IMG/VR virus record: IMGVR_UViG_3300044678_003030
Location: 1 to 64,000 of that record
Length of the DNA: 64,000 nucleotides
Reading direction: 5' to 3' (one strand)
Source: a virus
The position numbers were made by a program, and so were the translations under genes. The notes beneath the pieces are model-generated. The model searched no databases, was not told the DNA's origin, and saw nothing but the letters and a program-made list of their open reading frames with translations. This document shows positions 36,478 through 45,617 of this stretch, piece after piece. The stretch's first letter is position 1, and the number at the start of each line of letters is the position of its first letter.

Positions 36478-36523
36478 GCCGAGGCCCCGGTTCACGCCGG
36501 GGCCTCGGGCGTGGCTTTCTTTT
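36478..36523 (+). terminator. intrinsic terminator
   Basis: CCGAGGCCCCGG/CCGGGGCCTCGG stem plus TTTCTTTT. Confidence 0.75.
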
Positions 36524-36524
36524 G

Positions 36525-36553
36525 CCAAAAGCCCTTCCGTTATGCGGTATAAC
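36525..36553 (+). promoter_or_regulatory. phage promoter GGTATAAC
   Basis: CCAAAAGCCCTTCCGTTATGCGGTATAAC. Confidence 0.55.
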
Positions 36554-36602
36554 AACAGTGCGACGATCTGTGGCTTCCCCTCGTCGCACGGAGGGTCTAT
36601 CG

Positions 36603-36866
36603 ATGTTCATCAATCAGTTCAAGTCACGCTTTCGCTTCACCCGGGATCTCTACGCCGGGGAGAACCACGCCATCCTGCTCGACCAGCGCATCCGGGAGCG
36701 CATGCGCGAGACCGGCCATGACCAGGGCGTCAACCAGGGTGCAGCACGCGCGCAGGGGGGCGCCTTCGGCGACGGCATCACCGGGGCCTGGAGGATGTTC
36801 CAGGCGGCTCGCGCCTTCGCGCCGATCCGTGACGCGATGATCGACGCGCACTACGCCGGGCGCTGA
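36603..36866 (+). CDS. small hypothetical protein (cassette)
   Basis: RBS GGAGGG. Confidence 0.6.
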   Translation: MFINQFKSRFRFTRDLYAGENHAILLDQRIRERMRETGHDQGVNQGAARAQGGAFGDGITGAWRMFQAARAFAPIRDAMIDAHYAGR

Positions 36867-36879
36867 TACACCTGTCCTT

Positions 36880-36922
36880 CGGGGCCACGGTTCGCGCCGT
36901 GGCCCCGGGTGACGTTTCTTTT
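36880..36922 (+). terminator. intrinsic terminator
   Basis: CGGGGCCACGG/CCGTGGCCCCG stem plus TTTCTTTT. Confidence 0.75.
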
Positions 36923-36926
36923 GCTC

Positions 36927-36956
36927 TCAAAAACAGGCGCCGAGATCGGGTATAAG
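36927..36956 (+). promoter_or_regulatory. phage promoter GGTATAAG
   Basis: TCAAAAACAGGCGCCGAGATCGGGTATAAG. Confidence 0.6.
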
Positions 36957-37022
36957 AACATGTCCAGGAACCAATGGACGCGCGATGGTCGCGCGTCACT
37001 TCGGTTGGACACGAGGTTCCAC

Positions 37023-37298
37023 ATGATTCAGAGCATCCGCACCGGGTTCGTTGGCGTCAGCTCCACCCTCAGCTACTGGGGAGCCGTCGCGAGGCAGGAG
37101 CCGCGTGCCGTGGCGCTGACACAAGAGCTCGTGGGTTGGTACAACCATGAACTGGACACCATTATCGCAACCAGCGGTAGGCTGGACACGCTGCGTGCGA
37201 AGATCGTGTACATTCGGCGTGCCCATCTCCTGGGCAGGCGCTTCACGGCGGTATGCCGGGCGCGGATCCGCGCCGAGTACGGCGGCGAAGGCGAGTGA
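37023..37298 (+). CDS. small hypothetical protein (cassette)
   Basis: RBS GAGG before ATG 37023. Confidence 0.55.
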   Translation: MIQSIRTGFVGVSSTLSYWGAVARQEPRAVALTQELVGWYNHELDTIIATSGRLDTLRAKIVYIRRAHLLGRRFTAVCRARIRAEYGGEGE

Positions 37299-37310
37299 TC
37301 TCCAGGTCCC

Positions 37311-37347
37311 GGGGCGGTAACGCTTCGGGGCCCCCCGCCTCTTTTTT
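37311..37347 (+). terminator. intrinsic terminator
   Basis: GGGGCGG...CCGCCTC-TTTTTT between convergent genes. Confidence 0.55.
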
Positions 37348-37349
37348 GG

Positions 37350-37757
37350 CTACTGGAGGAGCCAGATGTCGGCCTTGAACCCTGCGACGCTCGACAGGTA
37401 GAGCGTCCGCGCGGTGCCGACGGGCGTGAAGAGGAGGATCTTGGCGCGTTCGGTCGGAACCGGGTCTGCGTCCATCGACAGGCGCGTCGGCACGCTGTCG
37501 TTGTTCGTGTCCCACTTCAGGTCGAGCGTCCCCGCGCGCAGCTCGACGAAGATGGCCTTCGGCGCAGTGATCGACCCGTCCGACACCGCGAGGTTCGTCT
37601 GGGCCGTCGCCATGTCGTACTCCAGCACGGCCTTCTGGCTGTAGTTGAGGACGAAGTCGAGCGCCATCGGTCCGGGGACCGCGCGATCGGTCAGGGTGAG
37701 GGAGAGGGTGCCTGCTGCCTTGAGCTGCTTCGCCGCCATACCCCGTAGGGTAGGCAT
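37350..37757 (-). CDS. putative virion protein (beta-rich)
   Basis: ATG 37757 directly after the endolysin stop and palindrome. Confidence 0.55.
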   Translation of the reverse strand: MPTLRGMAAKQLKAAGTLSLTLTDRAVPGPMALDFVLNYSQKAVLEYDMATAQTNLAVSDGSITAPKAIFVELRAGTLDLKWDTNNDSVPTRLSMDADPVPTERAKILLFTPVGTARTLYLSSVAGFKADIWLLQ

Positions 37758-37758
37758 T

Positions 37759-38550
37759 TCACGCGGTGAAGCCGAAGGCTCTGATGCCGTGTGCGTAGCC
37801 GCGTGCCTTGAGCGCTGCGACCGTCGCGGGACCAGGATCGCCATCGGCAGTCACCCCGAGCTCGCGCTGGCGCTCTCTCCAGATGGCGTCGGCGTCGGGC
37901 GAGAAGAAGTCGAACTTCTCGACGCCAACGGCTTCCAGGGCGAGCCACATCGCATCGCCAGGATCGCCGATCCCGCGCCCCTGATCACCCTGGTAGTGGC
38001 CGAAGACGCCGACAGGGCCCTGGTAGGCGTCGAGGTTCAGGCGCTTGCGCCCCACGCGGTAGGGCCAGTGCGTCTGGAACTGCACGCCGGTCTGACCGCA
38101 GAGCCACCGTACGAGCCGCGCGGTCACGTCGAGCTGCCCCTGGTAGATCGAGGCGTCGCGGCTGAACTGCACGATCTCGATGCCGATCGAGTCGAAGCTC
38201 ACGCCCGGCATGTGGTACGCCACTTCGGTGATGAGGTCGCACGTCTGGATCACCGAGCCGTCACGGTCGACGAGGAGGTGCGCGCCGGCCTGCCCAGCAT
38301 TGCCGGTCCAGTAGCGGACATTGTCCTCTGCTGCGTTACCAGGAGGACCAAACCCAGGTAGGATCACCTGAGGGCGCTGGTCCCTCCCGCCAGGAATGCC
38401 CCCTGTCGAGTGAATGATGATTCGACGGATTCGAGGCTTGGGTCGTGAGCGCCCATCGTTCCCCATCTTCAGTCGAATAGCGTTGTTGTCCCGCCAGTTC
38501 GACGTCACGATCCCAGGGACTTCCTTGGCGACACCATTGAGGATCAACAT
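37759..38550 (-). CDS. N-acetylmuramoyl-L-alanine amidase endolysin with a C-terminal PG-binding domain
   Basis: IIIHST, AHLLVDRDG, AYH, SIGIE, GH...DPG; LGVTADGDPGPAT. Confidence 0.9.
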   Translation of the reverse strand: MLILNGVAKEVPGIVTSNWRDNNAIRLKMGNDGRSRPKPRIRRIIIHSTGGIPGGRDQRPQVILPGFGPPGNAAEDNVRYWTGNAGQAGAHLLVDRDGSVIQTCDLITEVAYHMPGVSFDSIGIEIVQFSRDASIYQGQLDVTARLVRWLCGQTGVQFQTHWPYRVGRKRLNLDAYQGPVGVFGHYQGDQGRGIGDPGDAMWLALEAVGVEKFDFFSPDADAIWRERQRELGVTADGDPGPATVAALKARGYAHGIRAFGFTA

Positions 38551-39166
38551 GCAGACACCTCGACTCAAGTCTAACGATCGGCGCGAACTCGAACGTGCTG
38601 TTTACCACGGGTTGAAGTGGCGTGGCTGCTATTGGCGCGCAGGCTTCGATTTCAATGGCAAGGAGGTCGCGGTCGCGATGGTGCCGCCGTACCTGCTCAA
38701 TGAAATTGAGCGCGGGGCTACGACCATCGAGCGAGTCTCGCGGAACCTTGCGCGGCGTAGCCTCGTTACAAGTCGGGGCCCCTGTGACTTTGACGAGTAT
38801 TGCGGCCTCTGGGATGAAGCTGTGAGCTACGCCCTCGGGGTGAGGGAAGACGCTCGAAGGGCCGCTGAGTGCGGGCGTGCTGCTCTGGAAGCTGTTCGCC
38901 GAGGCGCGTGGTACGAAGCGGTCGAGCAAGCGTATCAAGCCTACGCGTGTGAGCGCCTGTACGTCTGGCGTGGACGTTTTTGGTTGCGGTTGCTACACGC
39001 GATCACAGACTTCCTGGTACGGTCTGGGTATGGACACATCCACCCCTACATCTTCCCTCGATCCCACCCAAGAGACCCGCCGCCCGTACACGGTCCTCGT
39101 CGTCGATCACCGTCCCGAAGGCGCAAGCGACGCCGAGGCGCAGGCGATGGGCGCGGAGGCGTGTGA
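38549..39166 (+). CDS. hypothetical protein
   Basis: MQTPRLKSNDRRELERAVYHG...; ATG overlaps the endolysin CAT. Confidence 0.55.
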   Translation: MQTPRLKSNDRRELERAVYHGLKWRGCYWRAGFDFNGKEVAVAMVPPYLLNEIERGATTIERVSRNLARRSLVTSRGPCDFDEYCGLWDEAVSYALGVREDARRAAECGRAALEAVRRGAWYEAVEQAYQAYACERLYVWRGRFWLRLLHAITDFLVRSGYGHIHPYIFPRSHPRDPPPVHGPRRRSPSRRRKRRRGAGDGRGGV

Positions 39167-39401
39167 CGCCTTCACGCGCATTCACAACCGTGACCACAGC
39201 GTCTCGATCGCGTCCACCGGGTCAGACGGAGAGCCGCTGAGCGTTCACGAGCTCTTCTTTCACTGGGAGATGCTGGGGCGCTACATCGTGAGCAAGGCGG
39301 ATCTGGCACAGGCGGCTGACTTGCGGTTGGTGCGGTTTCTCACCGCAGTCCTCTCACAGGTCAGGCTTCAGGATGTCCTCAAGCCTTCCCCTCCGCTCTG
39401 A
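39030..39401 (+). CDS. hypothetical protein
   Basis: ORF from MDTSTPTSS. Confidence 0.5.
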   Translation: MDTSTPTSSLDPTQETRRPYTVLVVDHRPEGASDAEAQAMGAEACDAFTRIHNRDHSVSIASTGSDGEPLSVHELFFHWEMLGRYIVSKADLAQAADLRLVRFLTAVLSQVRLQDVLKPSPPL

Positions 39402-39804
39402 GCCGCCGCTTCGTCGATGTCTTGTAGTCTGGCTGAACTCGTGCCGCGAGAGGGTGCTCTCGGTGGGTGCGCGGGTTCAGCGCGCCTCCCGCCCCCACAC
39501 TGACCTTCTGCACGCCGATGTCCCCGTGTGAGTGCACGTAGCCGGCCTTGTGCGCCTTGGCGCCAGGGGTGTCGAGCACCGTCTTGCGGTTGCCAGAGTC
39601 GCCTGTGATCCAGAGGTCAGGGGCTGTGAGGAAGACCTGTTTGGCTGCAAGCCCACACGGCTCGACCACAGGGCTGAAGTCCTCGTTGCAGCGCACAGAG
39701 TCTTCGACTCCGCACGGGCACGGCGGGCTGTTTGGCTTGCTGCTGATCGAGCAGAAGATCTCGAAGGTGTGCCCTTCAGGGCAGCGGAACTCGTAGGTCG
39801 GCAT
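39379..39804 (-). CDS. FmdB-family zinc-ribbon protein
   Basis: MPTYEFRCPEGHTFE...PCPCG. Confidence 0.8.
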   Translation of the reverse strand: MPTYEFRCPEGHTFEIFCSISSKPNSPPCPCGVEDSVRCNEDFSPVVEPCGLAAKQVFLTAPDLWITGDSGNRKTVLDTPGAKAHKAGYVHSHGDIGVQKVSVGAGGALNPRTHREHPLAARVQPDYKTSTKRRLRAEGKA

Positions 39805-39805
39805 G

Positions 39806-41506
39806 TTACTCCGGTCGACAACCAGCGTCTGGGCCGGCCGTCGGTTGCATGGCGGCGTCGAATGCCACCAGCGGGTCAGGGCTTGCGGTAGACGTTACAG
39901 GGTCGGCGGGACGGGTGCCATCAACAGACGTGATGCCTGCGATGACAGGGTCTTCTTCGCTATCGCCAAAGAAGGTCTCAAACGCTCGCAAGGCCCGAAG
40001 CACGGGCTCGGGATCGGGGCCTACGGCGACGAGCACAAACCCCGTGACGTACTCTGAGCCGAATGTGAAGTCGGGTCGGTCGGGGCTTTCGTCGAGGTCG
40101 AATGCGCGCGTCATGTCGCCAAGGAAGGTGCCGACGCTGCCCTGCCCTTGGCCCACGTAGCAGTGTGCGCCGGCCTGCGTGTTCATGAGGAGGGCGTTGA
40201 TTCGTTCAAGATAGCGCGTGAGCTCGTCGGCCTTCTTTGTGTAGCGATCAGCTTCTCGGGAGAGGAATGTGATCACGGCGTTCGTGTCGTCGTTCACCGT
40301 CTTGACCATGTCGCCGAAGACTTGAACCTCTTCCTTCACCCGGTCGATGAGGCCAGACACAGCCGGGAACACCCTCGCGACGCTCGGTGTCCGCATCCAG
40401 TCAGGAGGTGTCCCGTTCGAAGCTGCGCGGAGGGTACGGCGTCGGTCGAGGCGTACCGCAGCGCAAGACGAGAGCGCCGTGAAGCCGAGGTCGGTCTCTC
40501 CGCTGCCGCTGTCAGAACGAACCCGGAATGCGACGTTGTAGAAGTAGTCGACACCCTCATCGAGGTTCGCAGACTCCACCCATCGAGACGTGATGCCGTC
40601 GTATCGGTGCAGGGCTACGACTTCTGAGCCGTATTCGCCCTGGATGCCTTGCGAGAGTTCGCGATTGCCGAACAGGTCTTGGACGACTTGAACGGTACGG
40701 ACACGAAAGTCGCGCGATCGGATCACTGCGTAGTGCGTCGCTGAGAGCGTGGTGTCGCCGTCTACGCGGGTGGTCGGCGACATACGATCCCACGTGATCA
40801 CGACTCGGTTTTGCCTACCCGACGGCCGAGCTCTCACGTTCCTTGGCACGAAGGACACGGCGTTGCGATCGGCCGGGACCGTGTTGGCGTCGGCACCAAG
40901 GCCGAGCAGGCGCGAGAAGAACGCGGCCACTGACGCGGCGGCGGTGATGTCCTGAGCGCCTCCGACGACAATTGTGTAGGCCCAGTAGCTGTCTCGGGTG
41001 AACTGAGGCCGGTTCTCGTCGCCAGCGTCGTGCAGGCTATCGGCGACGCATCGCAGGAACCACGCGTTGCCGCCAACGAAGGCAGCCTCAGGGTCGAAGG
41101 CTTGCCGCCACGTCGGGAGATTCTTGAGCTCAGCCGCTGAGCTTACGCCCTTGAGGATGTTCGCTACAGGGGCGTCGACGAACGTGCTTGGCCCGCCTTC
41201 GGGCGCCGGGATCAGGCCGAGCAACCCCTTTTTTGGAAGCGGCACCACCAAGGCGTAGACGGCAGCGTCGTCGAGCGCGGCGTCGAGCGCGGCGTTGGCT
41301 GTCGCGATCAGCCCTTGGACTGCCGCGTTGAACGCCATGACGTTCGGTTGGTCCAGGCTCGACGCGAGCGCTCGGGCAGCTTCAAGGGCTACGCGCGCCC
41401 CTTGAATCCCGGCTTTCACTGCGTGAAGCCCTTCACTGACCGCCCCGCCCGCTGCGGAGAGCTCAGCCGGTGGTTTGACGCTTAGGCTCTTCCAAAGTCC
41501 GGCCAC
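39806..41506 (-). CDS. putative baseplate/virion protein
   Basis: 566 aa with an FN3-like middle (PRNVRAR...VITWD...YFYNV); downstream of the tail block. Confidence 0.55.
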   Translation of the reverse strand: MAGLWKSLSVKPPAELSAAGGAVSEGLHAVKAGIQGARVALEAARALASSLDQPNVMAFNAAVQGLIATANAALDAALDDAAVYALVVPLPKKGLLGLIPAPEGGPSTFVDAPVANILKGVSSAAELKNLPTWRQAFDPEAAFVGGNAWFLRCVADSLHDAGDENRPQFTRDSYWAYTIVVGGAQDITAAASVAAFFSRLLGLGADANTVPADRNAVSFVPRNVRARPSGRQNRVVITWDRMSPTTRVDGDTTLSATHYAVIRSRDFRVRTVQVVQDLFGNRELSQGIQGEYGSEVVALHRYDGITSRWVESANLDEGVDYFYNVAFRVRSDSGSGETDLGFTALSSCAAVRLDRRRTLRAASNGTPPDWMRTPSVARVFPAVSGLIDRVKEEVQVFGDMVKTVNDDTNAVITFLSREADRYTKKADELTRYLERINALLMNTQAGAHCYVGQGQGSVGTFLGDMTRAFDLDESPDRPDFTFGSEYVTGFVLVAVGPDPEPVLRALRAFETFFGDSEEDPVIAGITSVDGTRPADPVTSTASPDPLVAFDAAMQPTAGPDAGCRPE

Positions 41507-41627
41507 GCGCCGCCTCCAGTTGTTGTATGCGCGTCAGCTTGTCCTCTAGCTCGCGCTGCATTAGGGTGACCAGAGTCTGCGCCACTCGTTCAATCGCGTG
41601 AAGGACGCGTGGCCGTCTCGTCCACAT
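41463..41627 (-). CDS. 54-aa coiled-coil protein
   Basis: Manual translation MWTRRPRVLHAIERVAQTLVTLMQRELEDKL...; TACCCT box 7 nt upstream. Confidence 0.45.
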   Translation of the reverse strand: MWTRRPRVLHAIERVAQTLVTLMQRELEDKLTRIQQLEAARGRTLEEPKRQTTG

Positions 41628-41641
41628 GGGAAGAAGGGTAC

Positions 41642-42211
41642 ATGAAGATCTCGGAATATCACAAGGCTCACGGGCTCTCTGGCGTTCTCCGTGCGTTCGA
41701 CTCGAACACAGAGATCCACTTCACGTTCGAGAAGGGCAAGACTCGAACGGGGGTTGAGCTCAACCTCGGGGGGCACATCATCGAAGGCTACCTGGAGATC
41801 ACAGGTGTGCCGACCAAGGATCCGAACGCTGAGTTCGACGTGGCTCTGAGCCTTCTGGTCGGTCCGCGCCCTGCGCAGGACTACCAGCCCAATCCTCGGT
41901 CTGTCGGGGGCAACAAGGGTCCCGTCGCGACCCCGGAGCCCACCTACGAGCTTCCCCCTGCGCCTCCTGGCATGGTGCCGATCGCGGAGAAGAAGACGGA
42001 GCCGGCGAAGTACGAGCCTGTCGGCAGATTCGACCCAGGACCCCCGCCGCCGCCCCCGGAGCCGGCCGAGGTGGATGAGCCGGAGCCCGAGACGGCGAAG
42101 CTCGCCGTGATCCTCACGCCCGAGGAGGTCAGGAAGCAGGAGCAGCAGGGGCAGAAGGAGCAGCAGGGGCAGAAGTCGCAGAAGGCTCAGAAGGCCCAGA
42201 AGGGCCGCTGA
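41642..42211 (+). CDS. Pro/Glu/Gln-rich hypothetical protein
   Basis: Folded N-terminus, disordered tail with QEQQGQK repeats. Confidence 0.6.
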   Translation: MKISEYHKAHGLSGVLRAFDSNTEIHFTFEKGKTRTGVELNLGGHIIEGYLEITGVPTKDPNAEFDVALSLLVGPRPAQDYQPNPRSVGGNKGPVATPEPTYELPPAPPGMVPIAEKKTEPAKYEPVGRFDPGPPPPPPEPAEVDEPEPETAKLAVILTPEEVRKQEQQGQKEQQGQKSQKAQKAQKGR

Positions 42212-43399
42212 TCAGGACGCGACGCCGACGGTTCCTGAGAGGATGACCTCGTCGAGGCTGAGCGCGACGAGGGCATCTTCACCGGCCACGCAGCCGGCAG
42301 TGACCAGGGCGGTGTCGGCGACCTGGAGCGTCACGGCGGTGTCCGTGTACGCGATCACGTCCACGCTCGCGCCACCGATCGAAGCCACCGGGGTCTCGCC
42401 GCAGCCGCCGCAGAGGTAGGTGCGGGGGATCGGAGTGCTCGCCACGACGTCGTCGCCGTTCGTGCCCACGACCTCGGCGAAGAAGTGCTTCTGCGCCGTC
42501 GCGTTGTTGTTGATCTGCGCTGCGACGACGCTCGCGTCCGCATTTCCGCTGCCCGTCGCCGGGGTGACGGTCAGCAGCTTCGTGCTCGTGTTCACGGCCA
42601 CCGACCCACCCCCCGACGGGGCGAGCACGGTGACGGACCACTCGTTCCCACGGCTCCCAGGCAGCAGCCGCGTGACGCGCAGGCGCGTGCGAGCGAGCGT
42701 GGTCGGGAGGTCCACGAACGCCTGCCCGGCGCCAGCGTGGCGCTCGTTGTGGGTGAGGACGATCCCGTTCACCGGGCATCGCACGTCTCCGGTGCCGCCG
42801 CCGACGCAGGTCACGTGCTTGGTCACCGCGCCAGTGAACTGCGCAGCGATCGTGTTCGCCTGCGTTCCGCTGCCGCCCGACGCCGGGGTCACGTTGACCG
42901 TGACAGCACCGTCCAGGCCGTAGACGAGCTCCACGCCCGCCGAGCCAGGGGCCTTGAGGTTGATCGTGACCTTCTGACCGCGAGGGCCCTTCCCGGCAGC
43001 CGTGAACGTGAGCTGGCTCGACCCGGTACCGAGCACGGCCGACGCCTTGCGGCCAGCGATCAGGTTCTGACCACGGAAGGTGACGCTCTGGGTTCCACCA
43101 GAGAGGGAGAGGGCGCCGCCCTCTGCCTGGAGGAACCGGGGGCGCTCGTCAGACAGGACGTCGTAGCTCATGAGTGGAGACGTCCGGGTGGTGCCGGGGA
43201 TCTGAACTCGCATCTGCGAGAGCTTCTCCAGCGACTGCCGGATTCCGGTCTCGAACTCCGAGCGGGTCACGTAGATCTCGGCGCTCTGCCCTGCCGAGAG
43301 CGACACGGAGACGAACTGCTGGTCGAGCTTGTAGGGGGTCAGCCCGACGAAGTCGCCGACCGAGAAGTCGCCAAAGGCGGTGATGGCAATGCGGATCAT
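42212..43399 (-). CDS. virion structural protein with two sheath-like beta domains
   Basis: LTFTAAGKGPRGQKVTI...; LRVTRLLPGSRGNEWSVTV...ASVVAAQIN; RBS AGGAG. Confidence 0.65.
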   Translation of the reverse strand: MIRIAITAFGDFSVGDFVGLTPYKLDQQFVSVSLSAGQSAEIYVTRSEFETGIRQSLEKLSQMRVQIPGTTRTSPLMSYDVLSDERPRFLQAEGGALSLSGGTQSVTFRGQNLIAGRKASAVLGTGSSQLTFTAAGKGPRGQKVTINLKAPGSAGVELVYGLDGAVTVNVTPASGGSGTQANTIAAQFTGAVTKHVTCVGGGTGDVRCPVNGIVLTHNERHAGAGQAFVDLPTTLARTRLRVTRLLPGSRGNEWSVTVLAPSGGGSVAVNTSTKLLTVTPATGSGNADASVVAAQINNNATAQKHFFAEVVGTNGDDVVASTPIPRTYLCGGCGETPVASIGGASVDVIAYTDTAVTLQVADTALVTAGCVAGEDALVALSLDEVILSGTVGVAS

Positions 43400-43433
43400 C
43401 TATCTCTCCTGGAGGTGGTCGTTCGCGACGTAA

Positions 43434-44786
43434 TCATAGGACCACGTCTTCATTCTTCATCGAGTTCAGGTCGATGCTCAGCGGGGAGCCGATGAGCGGC
43501 GCGAGCGACGGGGATGCGACAGGTCCTGGGTGCACATGAGCCCCGACGAGGGCCTTCGTGTTGTTGTAGTCGGCTTGGAGCGCCTCAAGCTGCGTACGCA
43601 GCGCCTCGTAGTTCACGGCGTGAAAACGGGGGTTGCGGCCGAGCTTTACTCCATCAGGAATGGTGGTCTTGAGGATGACCGACCCAGTGCCCATCTCGAC
43701 GGTGTAGTCGCCTGTTCTCGTCCGGTGTGTCTGTCCGCCCGTTACGACGGTCACGTCGAGACCGCCGCCGTAGGTGAAGTTGCCGCGCCCTGCGACTGTC
43801 GCGCGATCGTCGCGCAATACGGTCGAGGATCTGTCTTGGCCGACAGAGAGCGCGTCGTTGCCTGAGACTTCAGCGCGGCGCCCTGCCTCATAGAGCGATG
43901 ACGCGGCGCCTGCGATACGAATCGTGTCAGTCCCGGCGACTTGAGTATCGCGGTCACCGGCGATTCGGACAGGCGCGCTTCCTCCACCATCTGTTTGGTC
44001 GATGCCGCCTGCGGCAAAGATCTCCAGCCGGCCTTCAGCGCTGACGTGCCAGCGGAACAATGTTTGACCGCGCGGTGTCGTGATCTCGAAGTTCACGAGG
44101 TCCCCGAGGTGCCCCACATCCAGGTGGATTGTGTAGCGAGATTCGTCGGGCCCTGTCTGGGTGAGCTGGTCTGCGCCGCCGCGCCACGTGAAGGACGTCT
44201 TGCCGTCTTCGTTGATGACTCTGGACTCTCCCATCCAGGTGAGGATGCTCATCACCCCTGCGATGAGCTGGACGTGGTCGTTGTCACCAAAGAGGCGTAG
44301 CTGCGCGAGCGGCCCTCCGCTCAACAGCGCCACAGGTCCTTGCCCGAGCGCCAATGCTGCGCCACCCGGGCCACGGAGCACTGTGTCTCCCGGCAACAGG
44401 TCGTTCGGCTCATCACCGGCGCGTGCTGTGGCGCCGTAGTTACGTGCGAGGTTCGGGTCTTGGCCACCGTAGCCGCTGACACCCATGACGGACTCTTCGC
44501 GGCGACCCTCGGTGCGGCGACCCTCAGGGGGGAGGATGCCCACGATGTAGGGCTCTCCGAGAGAGTGGTCGACGACGACAGGTGTGCCGTTTGGAATGAG
44601 ACCGAGGTCTCCTGGAAACGCGCGCATGCGTGGCATGGCAGCGACGCCGTTGGCGATGGCAACTTGATAGACGTGTCCGTCAGCATCACAGCTCACCACA
44701 GATCCGCGCTCGCGCCGGTTGTGTGGTGAGGCTGTCGGTGATGGAGGTGGACTCGGAGGAGCGGCAGGTGAACGTCGGCGAACCAT
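43434..44786 (-). CDS. baseplate central spike (gp5/gpV-like)
   Basis: OB-fold-like N-terminus, beta-helix repeats (IAGDRDTQVAGTDTIRIAG), C-terminal HVHPG metal motif. Confidence 0.75.
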   Translation of the reverse strand: MVRRRSPAAPPSPPPSPTASPHNRRERGSVVSCDADGHVYQVAIANGVAAMPRMRAFPGDLGLIPNGTPVVVDHSLGEPYIVGILPPEGRRTEGRREESVMGVSGYGGQDPNLARNYGATARAGDEPNDLLPGDTVLRGPGGAALALGQGPVALLSGGPLAQLRLFGDNDHVQLIAGVMSILTWMGESRVINEDGKTSFTWRGGADQLTQTGPDESRYTIHLDVGHLGDLVNFEITTPRGQTLFRWHVSAEGRLEIFAAGGIDQTDGGGSAPVRIAGDRDTQVAGTDTIRIAGAASSLYEAGRRAEVSGNDALSVGQDRSSTVLRDDRATVAGRGNFTYGGGLDVTVVTGGQTHRTRTGDYTVEMGTGSVILKTTIPDGVKLGRNPRFHAVNYEALRTQLEALQADYNNTKALVGAHVHPGPVASPSLAPLIGSPLSIDLNSMKNEDVVL

Positions 44787-44808
44787 GAGGATCGCGAGCC
44801 TACGCCGC

Positions 44809-45591
44809 TTACGGGAGAGAAGCCACCGTGGGGTCACCCAGCGCGGCGTCAGGGAAGCCGCCGACCCGGTTCGAGATCGGTGTGGGGAACACGTCGTTCG
44901 CGAGGCCGAGCACAGCGTCCATGAGGTTGCGCCCGACTTCAGGGTTCTCCATCGAGTCGGTCGCTTGGTAGGGCAGCACGCGATCACACATGCCCGACAC
45001 GGCCTCGGCGATCATGTTGCCGCCCGAGGTGATCTGCGCACCCCAGGAGTCGATCATGCAGAGCTCCAGGTAGAACGACATGATCGAGGTGTGCGACTTC
45101 GACTTGACGATCACCGCCATCCCGAACGGGATGTAGAAGAGTTCGCTGTCGAGGTTCAGGAACGCTTGCGAGTCAGGCTGCCCCTCGAACGCCGCAGGGT
45201 CGTCGAAGCGGTCCACCTGGATGCCGGCTTCGACGGCGTTGTGGTAGAGCGCTCGCAGGAGGTTGCGCCCGTTGATCAGGCAGCGGTTGACCTGCCAACG
45301 GGACTGCGACTTGCCGCGAAGGAAGAAGGAGCGGCCCGAGCCGATGGCCATCACCGGAGTGAGCGGCACGCTCGTCTGCACAGAGAAGTTCAAGAACATC
45401 CCGAGCGCCATCAGCGTACGGGTGGAGCTTCGCTGCGGCCGAACGACTCCCTTACGAGCAGGGCCCGCGAGGATGAGCGTGTCGTCCGGGTGCGCGGCCT
45501 CGTAGGCCGAGTTGTCGAGCATGCGCTCGACGTGGTGACGCTGGAAGTTCCAGGAACCCAGCGACTTGGTCACTCCGATCGGGTATGCCAT
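44809..45591 (-). CDS. tail tube protein
   Basis: Downstream of the sheath; MAIGSGRSFF, YLELCMIDSW motifs of myovirus tube proteins. Confidence 0.7.
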   Translation of the reverse strand: MAYPIGVTKSLGSWNFQRHHVERMLDNSAYEAAHPDDTLILAGPARKGVVRPQRSSTRTLMALGMFLNFSVQTSVPLTPVMAIGSGRSFFLRGKSQSRWQVNRCLINGRNLLRALYHNAVEAGIQVDRFDDPAAFEGQPDSQAFLNLDSELFYIPFGMAVIVKSKSHTSIMSFYLELCMIDSWGAQITSGGNMIAEAVSGMCDRVLPYQATDSMENPEVGRNLMDAVLGLANDVFPTPISNRVGGFPDAALGDPTVASLP

Positions 45592-45617
45592 CCTCTATCT
45601 CCGGGTGAAAGCGTAGG

